Positions 29,107 to 36,562 of a DNA stretch of 64,000 bases are shown here, one piece after another (within the stretch, counting starts at the first letter, position 1; every line of letters starts with the position of its first letter). Made by a program: the position numbers and the translations under genes. The DNA comes from an uncultured Candidatus Bathyarchaeia archaeon (GTDB taxonomy: Archaea; Thermoproteota; Bathyarchaeia; Bathyarchaeales; Bathyarchaeaceae), in assembly GCA_964399485.1 (NCBI GenBank), contig CAYNQS010000007.1:12662-76661 (forward strand). Reading direction: 5' to 3'. A model generated the notes under the pieces. It was not told where the DNA came from. It saw nothing but the letters and a program-made list of their open reading frames with translations, and did not search any database.

Positions 29107-30153
29107 ATGCGTGGCTTCAGGGACCGTGATTTCCTTCAAACCAGTGAAGGCTTCTTTTTTTGTGTAGTTGGCGCGTTACATCCACCCGAACGGGTCATCT
29201 CCTACATTAAGTACGTTCCCTCAGAGTCTGGCATCTGGGGAAAAGACGAAAAAAAGTTCAGCAGAATATTACAGAAATACACGATTCCGAATCTGCTGGA
29301 AACCTTCAGCTATCTGGAGGCTAACTATCCCCATTACCTGTTCCATTCCCCAGTGGATAACATCACCATAACCGCGGTTCCTCACCGGAACATAAAGGAA
29401 CATTTCAAGCCAGAAAGAAAGCTGTCTCAACTGAGGCAAGCCCCGCAGCTAGATTCATTACAGCAGAAGCTGGTTAGATTCACAAGGTTTTTGGAGGAAA
29501 CGAGCGGTGTTCGCGAGGAGTCTTTTGGGGTAACCGGTTCACTTCTTCTCGACATTCATCAGCCCAAATTTTCAGATATTGACGTAACCGTGTATGGCGT
29601 AAAGGACAGCTGGCTTCTGCACAAAGCCTTGAGCGAAAACCGCTATTCTAAGATGCCTATGAGGCGTCTCGAAGAAAAAGCTCTCAAAGAATGGTGCACC
29701 AGAAAAACTAGGCAGTATCCTTTGTCACCGGCGGAAGCATCGAAGATTTATGAACGAAAGTGGAATCTAGGGGTTTTTGAGGATAAATGGGTTTCTATCC
29801 ATTCGGTTAAGCTTGAAAGCGAAGTTACCGGAGAATACGGCAAATTGACCTATCATCCGTGTGGTCAAGTGACCATCCGAGCAGTTGTTCGCAACAACAC
29901 TGACTCGCTTTTTCTTCCCTCAGTCTATAAAATCGAAGAAGTGGAGGTTCTGGAAGGTCCCCAGCTTGGCAAGGTCACCGAGGTAGTTTCTTACGAGAGT
30001 CTATATGACAGCCTAGCTGAAAACGACGAAACCATCCAAGCCAAAGGCAAACTTGAACGTGTCACAGAAAAGGGAACCAGCCGAGAACACTATCGCGTTC
30101 TGGTAGGTTCTCCTGAAGGCAAAGGAAAAGAATACATAAAATTAAGGGATTAA
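29107..30153 (+). CDS. Uncharacterised Pol-beta-type nucleotidyltransferase, paralogue C
   Basis: FGVTGSLLLDIHQPKFSDIDVTVYG. Its N-terminal RDRDFLQTSEGFFFCVVGALHP matches paralogues A and B. Confidence 0.6.
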   Translation: MRGFRDRDFLQTSEGFFFCVVGALHPPERVISYIKYVPSESGIWGKDEKKFSRILQKYTIPNLLETFSYLEANYPHYLFHSPVDNITITAVPHRNIKEHFKPERKLSQLRQAPQLDSLQQKLVRFTRFLEETSGVREESFGVTGSLLLDIHQPKFSDIDVTVYGVKDSWLLHKALSENRYSKMPMRRLEEKALKEWCTRKTRQYPLSPAEASKIYERKWNLGVFEDKWVSIHSVKLESEVTGEYGKLTYHPCGQVTIRAVVRNNTDSLFLPSVYKIEEVEVLEGPQLGKVTEVVSYESLYDSLAENDETIQAKGKLERVTEKGTSREHYRVLVGSPEGKGKEYIKLRD

Positions 30154-30170
30154 CCGCAAAAAAAGGCGGG

Positions 30171-31115
30171 CTACTCCAGATTCAGCACTTCTTTCAGAAC
30201 AGCTTGATAAGGACCAAGCTTGCCTCCGTAATTTCCAGCCGTAATCTTAATAACTCCCGGAACCTTCACAGCAGCCTTTATTCCCTCAGCCATAGCCTTT
30301 TTTACAGTTTTCTGGTTCAAACCGTTTATCACTATCTCGTAGACGCTCCCCACGTTATCGGGAACTTTAGAATCTTGCACCAACTTCCTGATGGTGGGAC
30401 AGTATGGATGATTGGTGGATGCCGGAAGCTTATAATTCAGTGACCCCACCTTAGACCCTGCCCTGCAGAGACCTCCCGGAAAGGGCATAATTGCCCCTCT
30501 AACATTCTTGCTGATTGCTTCTTTGGCATCCTCTGATGCTTTAAGCGCAGTCTTCCAGTCCTCTGCTAGGATGAGCATGTTTCCGCTGGCAACAGCCCTC
30601 ATGATGCCGAAGTTGTCTTCAACAATGAATTCGCCCTCCATAACTGGGATGCGCCAAACTTTTCTTCCCGCAACCTTGGCTTTCTTTTGGAAGCCGTCTC
30701 CGAAGAGGCGTAGGCTTCTTCCTATCTTCACTCTGCGTTTAGCTGTGGGTAGACCATCGAAGGCTGCTGTTGTGGGACATGTCATGATGCATTGTCCGAT
30801 TCTCAGGCTCATCTGGTGTTTGAGGTTATTTCTTGAGTTGTGGTAGATTTGGATAATGGCTCCTGGGCGTCCGTCTGGTGTTTCTTTGGGAGATACGAGA
30901 GTTTCTACTGCCGCTTCTGCTGGTGACATAATAATTGACGATGCGAAGCCAGCGGCGGTTCTTGCCGCGATTAAAGCCCATTTCTCGTTAGCGGCTGTTA
31001 TCAATACTCTGCCTGCCCACATGGGAAACATTTCGGCGAATGTATCTTCTATTATTGTTCCGTTTTCTAGAATGTATCCCCTTTCGTCTTTTTTGACTAC
31101 TTTAAGGTTTGTCAT
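30171..31115 (-). CDS. ftr: Formylmethanofuran--tetrahydromethanopterin N-formyltransferase
   Basis: ..IEDTFAEMFPMWAGRVLITAANEKWAL..; 314 aa, the typical Ftr length. Confidence 0.9.
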   Translation of the reverse strand: MTNLKVVKKDERGYILENGTIIEDTFAEMFPMWAGRVLITAANEKWALIAARTAAGFASSIIMSPAEAAVETLVSPKETPDGRPGAIIQIYHNSRNNLKHQMSLRIGQCIMTCPTTAAFDGLPTAKRRVKIGRSLRLFGDGFQKKAKVAGRKVWRIPVMEGEFIVEDNFGIMRAVASGNMLILAEDWKTALKASEDAKEAISKNVRGAIMPFPGGLCRAGSKVGSLNYKLPASTNHPYCPTIRKLVQDSKVPDNVGSVYEIVINGLNQKTVKKAMAEGIKAAVKVPGVIKITAGNYGGKLGPYQAVLKEVLNLE

Positions 31116-31165
31116 TTTATTTTAGTCTCCATGCTCGCTTTTTTCTGAACAGCTTATATGGTGTT

Positions 31166-31614
31166 TCACCGATTGGTGTCTGTCACATATTCAAATCTCT
31201 GTTCTATAAGTTTTGTCATTTCCTCAATTGTTGTGGCTGTCTTTGATTCTTCGGTTCTGTGTCCTTTAGGCTAACCGTGTTCAGATTGAGTGCAAGTTCT
31301 TTTTCATTCTCTTGTTGGTGTTGGCTCCAAAAACTAAATCGTGTTCCTGCGGATAGTGTTTCAGCATTGTTAAGAGCTTTTGGCTACTTCGAGCTATCTA
31401 GTTTAGACCCTTTTTCTGCGTTGTTTATGGCTATGATTCTACGCTCGAAATCCATATCTATCCATTTTAAGGCTACAACTTCTCCGCTTCTAGCTCCGAT
31501 TTCCTTCAAAGTCTACAAGGATAGCTGTAGTATAGGACCGGCGCACGCTATCAGCATGTTAAGCTTTGATTCCGTAGGAATGAAATGACAGCACAGTAGT
31601 CTTTCAACTCCCAT
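31166..31614 (-). pseudogene. Decayed tyrosine recombinase (archaeal integrase family) with frameshifts, stops and an internal deletion
   Basis: Own three-frame reading of the minus strand. Fragments found: ..FIPTESKLNMLIACAGP..; ..EIGARSGEVVALKWIDMDFERRIIAINNAEKGSK..; ..LLTMLKHYPQEHDLVFGANTNKRMKKNLHSI..; and a C-terminal ..KTATTIEEMTKLIEQRFEYVTDTNR. The fragments are in different frames and the H-x-x-R..Y catalytic block is missing. Confidence 0.6.
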
Positions 31615-31681
31615 CTTTTTTTAGTTCAATCGGATTCTGAATATGTATTGTTACTTATGATACATATTTCAGTTTCACATC

Positions 31682-31690
31682 TTTTAAATA
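31682..31690 (+). promoter_or_regulatory. TATA-box-like element (TTTTAAATA) upstream of the ncRNA candidate
   Basis: Positioned about 23-30 nt upstream of the G-rich start of the inverted-repeat element, the usual archaeal TATA-to-TSS spacing. Confidence 0.35.
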
Positions 31691-31712
31691 ACATATTTGG
31701 TTTAGCATAGAC

Positions 31713-31837
31713 GTGGGCGTGTGCGGTGGTTAACGTCTCATGCGAAAAGGGGATTTGGAGCTTTCTCTCTTTGGAGTCTCCTCTCGGCGCCCAAAAAATG
31801 GATAGGCCTTAATTTAAACCGCACACGCAACCACCTG
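31713..31837 (+). ncRNA. Candidate ~125-nt structured RNA of unknown class
   Basis: A perfect 11-bp closing helix: GCGTGTGCGGT (31717-31727) pairs with ACCGCACACGC (31818-31828). G/C-rich internal segments, no ORF, a TATA-like box upstream and a T7 tract downstream. Confidence 0.35.
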
Positions 31838-31844
31838 TTTTTTT
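31838..31844 (+). terminator. Oligo-T tract (7 T), archaeal-type terminator signal
   Basis: TTTTTTT immediately 3' of the closing helix. Confidence 0.4.
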
Positions 31845-32252
31845 GTTAAGTTGCTTGAGAGCGGATTTCGACGCTAGAAACCTGAATCTGATAAGAAATT
31901 TTCATTCCCTTCTGATAGCATTTTTCTTTTGTTTGAATTGGCTTTACTGGAGCGTCTTAAGGTCATCAGCAACCATTAGATTGAAAGCTGTTCTTTTTTG
32001 GAGCCTCATTCTTTCTGTTAGTTGTTTCACCGCCTTTTGACGCTTGCAGGATAGAGAAGAACCAAGAATTTAGAGAGAAACGCTGGTTCTCGTTTTCAAT
32101 CTCACAAACATACTCGAATGTAAATTCTATTTGTTTCTGAGCTTCTGCCATTATTTATAGTCTAGCAGATTCAGCTACCACTAAACCAGCTATTCTCTTC
32201 AATGTTCGTCCTGACAGATAGCTATCTACTTATCCTAAAAGCCGATCCAGAG

Positions 32253-32648
32253 CTACCGAGGTAGATAATGGTCAGATTTCCATGTGAAGATTTTTGTCAG
32301 CGAGGTTAGGATATTTTCTTTCGCTTCCGAGATTTTTTTGATCTTATTCTCGCCCTTATATGTCAAACTATATACTCTCTTGTTTCTAGTATGTTTTCCC
32401 TCGATTAAACCATCTCGTTCCATAGAATATAAACAAGCATAAACCGTACCCGAACTTACCAAAACATCAAATTCCTGATGAACCAAATCCATGATATCAT
32501 AACCCCCAAGAGGATTAACCCTCTCAAGTAACTTAACCAAAACAATGATGTCCAATAGGCTTTTAACAATTCTCTCATGCATTTCTCTTAAAAGTTTTGT
32601 CGGCAACATAGGTCCTTCATGATTTTCTTTCATCTCAAATCTTGCCAA
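32253..32648 (-). CDS. PadR-like winged-helix transcription regulator
   Basis: ..IIVLVKLLERVNPLGGYDIMDLV..SSGTVYACLYSMERDGLIEGK..RVYSLTYKG... Overlaps the upstream ParA-like gene by 14 nt. Confidence 0.7.
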   Translation of the reverse strand: MARFEMKENHEGPMLPTKLLREMHERIVKSLLDIIVLVKLLERVNPLGGYDIMDLVHQEFDVLVSSGTVYACLYSMERDGLIEGKHTRNKRVYSLTYKGENKIKKISEAKENILTSLTKIFTWKSDHYLPR

Positions 32649-33453
32649 GTTTCTTTGCCACCTCCTGCAGGTCTGTTAAGAACGGATGGAATGGTTGCTC
32701 AATGATAAGGAACGATCCCCGATTAGCCTCAAGCACATCACAATAGCAGGGAATTGTGCCTATTATGGTATGTTCGAAGGCTTTCTCCATCTTATCGGCT
32801 AATTCATTTAGTTTACTCTCTGAAACAATTCGCGTCTGAGGAAAAACTTTGTTAACTAATACAACCGCATTTTTTTCAAATTCATCATAAAATTCTGCGA
32901 GCATTGTTTTCACGCCTTTTATGTCGACAGGGTTCAAAGTGACCACAAGGGCAGTCACATCAGAGCTAGCTACAGCATTAATTGATGAGTATTGAATACC
33001 TGGGCTAGTATCTAGGATACAGCAGTCAATCTGCAGATCGTTAAAAAGTGTAGTTCGTATAGAGAAAAGTTTCTTAGCAGCACTTACTTCCCAGGCCCTG
33101 CTTCTTCCCATCATACTTCGGATTGCTTCAAGGGCAGGATTTGCCAAGCCTATTAGCAGGTTTCCATTCAAACTGTATTTATCTGAGACATCGATTAAAA
33201 CTTGCTCAATCATACATTGGTTAAGCATAAAATCATTCAGCCAATGTTTTACAGGCTTTTTGATTCCCTTCGAAAACACGCCAAATAGACTGGGAGCACG
33301 AAAATCAAGGTCTAAAAGCGCAATGTTTAATCCTTCGCGTGCATAAGTCAACGCTAGATTTGTTGCTATTGTAGTTTTTCCAGTCCCGCCTCGGGACGAA
33401 TGTATTGCTATGATCTTCTCTCTCATTCTCAATTCCACCGAATCATTAGTCAA
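32635..33453 (-). CDS. ParA/MinD-family P-loop ATPase (copy 1)
   Basis: Deviant Walker A IAIHSSRGGTGKTTIATNLA, and ..CCILDTSPG.. Walker B region. Paralogue of 57644-58480. Confidence 0.8.
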   Translation of the reverse strand: MTNDSVELRMREKIIAIHSSRGGTGKTTIATNLALTYAREGLNIALLDLDFRAPSLFGVFSKGIKKPVKHWLNDFMLNQCMIEQVLIDVSDKYSLNGNLLIGLANPALEAIRSMMGRSRAWEVSAAKKLFSIRTTLFNDLQIDCCILDTSPGIQYSSINAVASSDVTALVVTLNPVDIKGVKTMLAEFYDEFEKNAVVLVNKVFPQTRIVSESKLNELADKMEKAFEHTIIGTIPCYCDVLEANRGSFLIIEQPFHPFLTDLQEVAKKLGKI

Positions 33454-33859
33454 TAAAAAAATACACTTTTCTTCCTTCGCGCCTTTTAGTGAGAAAGCCC
33501 ATCCTAACTAATTGGTTTGCAGCCGAACTTTCTACTGCTCTCAATCTCTTTGTTTCCCGTGCCAGATCTTCAGCGGTTGCTTCCCCCAATTTGTACAAAG
33601 CCATTACCGTCTTTCTCAATGCACTAGGAAGTGAAAATAATGTTGCCATATCAGGTTCAACTTTGAATGTTTCATCGGTGTGCTGTTGGTCAGCGGTTCT
33701 TTGCAGAAACTCTTCTTGAGCCATTAACATCTTCCCGCTAAACTCGACCATAGAATCAAATTTCTGGTTTAACTTGTGGACTTCGCTAATTAACTTCACC
33801 AATAATTTTTTAGCATCCAATTCTTCTAATGATCTACTGTCTTTTGTTCCATCCGCCAT
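33446..33859 (-). CDS. Coiled-coil plus winged-helix DNA-binding protein
   Basis: ..VMALYKLGEATAEDLARETKRLRAVESSAANQLVRMGFLTKRREGRKVYF... Overlaps the ParA-like start by 8 nt. Confidence 0.55.
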   Translation of the reverse strand: MADGTKDSRSLEELDAKKLLVKLISEVHKLNQKFDSMVEFSGKMLMAQEEFLQRTADQQHTDETFKVEPDMATLFSLPSALRKTVMALYKLGEATAEDLARETKRLRAVESSAANQLVRMGFLTKRREGRKVYFFID

Positions 33860-34002
33860 CGGTAATCACCGAAAAGTGTATTTTTGTGTATTCAACAATA
33901 CAACATATGAACCGCCAGACAATATAAGATTTTCTAGTGTCAGAATCCAACTTAACCAAAGACTTTAACGTAAATTTGGAATAATAAACTGATGATAGAC
34001 CG

Positions 34003-35031
34003 ATGTACACCAAATCTAGCCTTAAAGAGCGTTGCCAAAGAATTCTGGAGGAAAATGGAGGACATATTGCTGATCAAGCAAGCAGGATATTGCTTGAAGA
34101 TCCAAAGTTAAAGGATCTACGATCTCCTCTCGAGTTTATATCAAAAAACTGGCGTGACCCCCTCACTCCAGCATTGATGGGGCTTTCTTGTGAAGCAGTG
34201 GGAGGACGATCAGAGGCCACTCATGAAGCAGCTTTAGCTATGAGTTTGATGAACCTGAGCTTTAATGTCTGGGACGACATAGTTGACAAAGCGCGGTTTA
34301 AGGTATTTAAGCCAACTCTTTTTGGGAAATTCGGTGAAGGCACAGCGCTAATGATTGGCGGAGTTGCATCAGCTAAAGCTTTTTCAATTTTTAGTCAAAT
34401 GGACTTGAATAAAACAAAACGTCAAACTATTAGTAAGATGTTCTGGAATCTTTGGACGAAAATGGCTAGTGCTGAAGCAATTAATCTCAGATTACGTAGT
34501 CAAGGAAAAATTTCCTCTAGGAAAAAACTTCTAGTGATCAAAAGTGAGGCTGCTGCCGATGTGGGAACATGTCTAAGAATTGGAGCAGTTCTAGGTAATG
34601 GTTCTGAAGTTGAAATCAGACATCTGGGCAGTTATGGACTATACCTCGGCACAATTTTAGAATTATGGAAGGGCTACCTTGTATCCATTAATTTGACGTT
34701 AGGTCTGGCTGAAAAAATAAGAAACGGGACATTGCCTTATCCCTTATTGTGGGCAAAGGAACGCTCTGAAAAAATTCAAAAAAAACTTGAAGATTTAACA
34801 AAGATGAATATAATCAAGCCATCCGACATAAAAGAAATTGTAGAAAATACCTTTGAAACAAAGGTGTTAAATAACACTATGAAAAATGTTAAAAAACTTG
34901 CTAATAGGGCAGAGAAAGAACTCTATGAATTGAAGATGAACAGAGCTACTCAAACGCTCAAATTCTTTGTGAATGCACAACCGGACCTTCTTATCGAAAG
35001 TCTATCGATGTTCCAAGCAGAGCATAGCTAA
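34003..35031 (+). CDS. Divergent polyprenyl-synthetase-like (isoprenoid synthase fold) protein, copy 1
   Basis: ..WRDPLTPALMGLSCEAVGG..ALAMSLMNLSFNVWDDIVDK (first DDxxD at 34273-34287)..ALMIGGVAS... No second DDxxD at the equivalent position (..GTILELWKGYL..). Confidence 0.6.
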   Translation: MYTKSSLKERCQRILEENGGHIADQASRILLEDPKLKDLRSPLEFISKNWRDPLTPALMGLSCEAVGGRSEATHEAALAMSLMNLSFNVWDDIVDKARFKVFKPTLFGKFGEGTALMIGGVASAKAFSIFSQMDLNKTKRQTISKMFWNLWTKMASAEAINLRLRSQGKISSRKKLLVIKSEAAADVGTCLRIGAVLGNGSEVEIRHLGSYGLYLGTILELWKGYLVSINLTLGLAEKIRNGTLPYPLLWAKERSEKIQKKLEDLTKMNIIKPSDIKEIVENTFETKVLNNTMKNVKKLANRAEKELYELKMNRATQTLKFFVNAQPDLLIESLSMFQAEHS

Positions 35032-35264
35032 AACATTGCAGGGTATTTCTGATTCGGGCTTACGCTAAGCAGTACCGACGCAACAGTGCCTAAATACATC
35101 TCTGGAATCTTTGCTTTTCTGCACACCTTTATGAGCAAGTTCTTGTCTTTTCTTTCAATCGCATCTTGAACCTTCGGAAACATGTCAGGGGTTATCAAAG
35201 ACTGAAGATAAGATGAGACATCCACTATCCTTTCCTTAAGAGTTATCATTTTTCCATCGTACAC
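35028..35264 (-). CDS. 78-aa small protein with a Nif11-like helical pattern, copy 1
   Basis: ..DMFPKVQDAIERKDKNLLIKVCRKAKIPEMYLGTVASVLLSVSPNQKYPAMF. Convergent with the PPS-like gene, with a 4-nt overlap. Homologous to 54791-55030, which sits in the same relative position. Confidence 0.45.
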   Translation of the reverse strand: MYDGKMITLKERIVDVSSYLQSLITPDMFPKVQDAIERKDKNLLIKVCRKAKIPEMYLGTVASVLLSVSPNQKYPAMF

Positions 35265-35346
35265 CTTTATCTAGTTTTATTCTATTAAAGTTTATTATTT
35301 ATAAAATACTAGTATTCTAAAATGACATTAAGGTTGGTGCAACTGA

Positions 35347-36561
35347 TTGAGCATCGTGATGACTGGCATTCGACTGACTAAGCGTGGTTTTCTAGTAACC
35401 ACGATTCTTTTCTTTTCCTTTTTTTCATGGTACTTCACTTTTTCTCTTTCTATTTTGCAGCAAATCGTTAGTTCATGCGCTGAGAGTTATCTGATGGTTA
35501 ATGCATCCTATAATTTTATTATCGCCATCACACTAATATTAAGCAGCTTTTTCATTCATCGATTCAATAAAATACATATCATCTACGGATACTCTATAAC
35601 CACTTCCATAGCAAGCATTCTTCTTTTACTTACTTCAAACATAGTTCTTAGATTAATCATTGTTTTCGTAGCAGGGATATTGTTCAGCATAGGTCAGTTG
35701 GCGTTCTTCACTTATTTCTGGAACTTAACCGCATCTGTGGAAAGAGGTCGAGTTTCTGGTCTCGCCGGATTCTTCGCTTTACCATTTGCTTATATCGTAG
35801 GTTTAATGGCAGGAACGTCTGATTTTTTTGGGACAATAATGATAGGCATTATTCTTAGTTTGGGAACATTGACAATCAAATTATTAAATCCTGAAAATAA
35901 AGCAACACTGACAACAAAGAAAGATGAAAAGGGATATCACCCCGAGAAAAGAACAATACTTCTTTACTCAGTTCCTTGGGTACTGTTTTCTTTAATTAAT
36001 GCAACACTAGCCATAAATATTACACTTGATATTTTCCAACGCGTTCCATCTTCGCATTACATATTTTTCTTGATTCTGCAGATGATCGCATCTGGTTTCG
36101 GAGCGTTGGGTGGTGGAATAATTGCGGATTTTTTTGGACGAAGATTATCCCTAGGTCTCAGCCTTATCTTATATGGAATTAGCGCAGCTCTTGATGGATT
36201 TGTGGGAAGCTATGAGGTGCTTTACGTTACATATACTGCAAATGGTTTGAGTTGGGGAATCTTCTGGGTACTGTATAACTCTGTAGTTTGGGGCGATCTA
36301 ACCAATACAGAAAGTTGCGCTAAAACTTACTCATTTGGATTGCTGATCTATTACTTGAGTACAGGGGTCGGAATTCTTTTTTCCCATCAAATCTCTCAGA
36401 TCCCTCTACTCACCAGTACGCTTACAGCTTGCATATTGATTTTCCTTTCAAACATACCGTTAATTTTTGCTCCGGAACTGTTATCCTCAGATTTTCGCGA
36501 AAAAATCAAATTAAAATTACACATGAATATCGTCAGGAAGATTGGACGAAAATCATCATAA
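35347..36561 (+). CDS. Atypical MFS-type permease, copy 1
   Basis: About 10-12 TM segments with a GGIIADFFGRRLSL motif-A-like loop. Start is TTG 35347 or ATG 35359. Paralogue of 55083-56354. Confidence 0.65.
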   Translation: MSIVMTGIRLTKRGFLVTTILFFSFFSWYFTFSLSILQQIVSSCAESYLMVNASYNFIIAITLILSSFFIHRFNKIHIIYGYSITTSIASILLLLTSNIVLRLIIVFVAGILFSIGQLAFFTYFWNLTASVERGRVSGLAGFFALPFAYIVGLMAGTSDFFGTIMIGIILSLGTLTIKLLNPENKATLTTKKDEKGYHPEKRTILLYSVPWVLFSLINATLAINITLDIFQRVPSSHYIFFLILQMIASGFGALGGGIIADFFGRRLSLGLSLILYGISAALDGFVGSYEVLYVTYTANGLSWGIFWVLYNSVVWGDLTNTESCAKTYSFGLLIYYLSTGVGILFSHQISQIPLLTSTLTACILIFLSNIPLIFAPELLSSDFREKIKLKLHMNIVRKIGRKSS

Positions 36562-36562
36562 A

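Noticed and set aside
23878-30153. Interpreting creatininase-like + AsnB-like + CPBP as a lasso-peptide or mycofactocin-type RiPP cluster
   Set aside because: No precursor peptide, RRE/PqqD-like protein, transglutaminase-type protease or radical SAM enzyme is visible. The creatininase homologue is more simply an ArfB-type housekeeping enzyme. The idea is kept only as a remote possibility within the NTase-cluster finding.
31259-31588. 109-aa plus-strand ORF
   Set aside because: It is the antisense shadow of the integrase pseudogene, whose fragments carry recognisable recombinase motifs on the minus strand.
31713-31837. Possibility that the structured element is a tRNA, 5S rRNA or C/D box sRNA
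   Set aside because: It has no D-loop or T-loop (GTTCRANYC-like) sequences and no 5S loop motifs. It also lacks the RUGAUGA/CUGA box pair. It is kept only as an unclassified ncRNA candidate.
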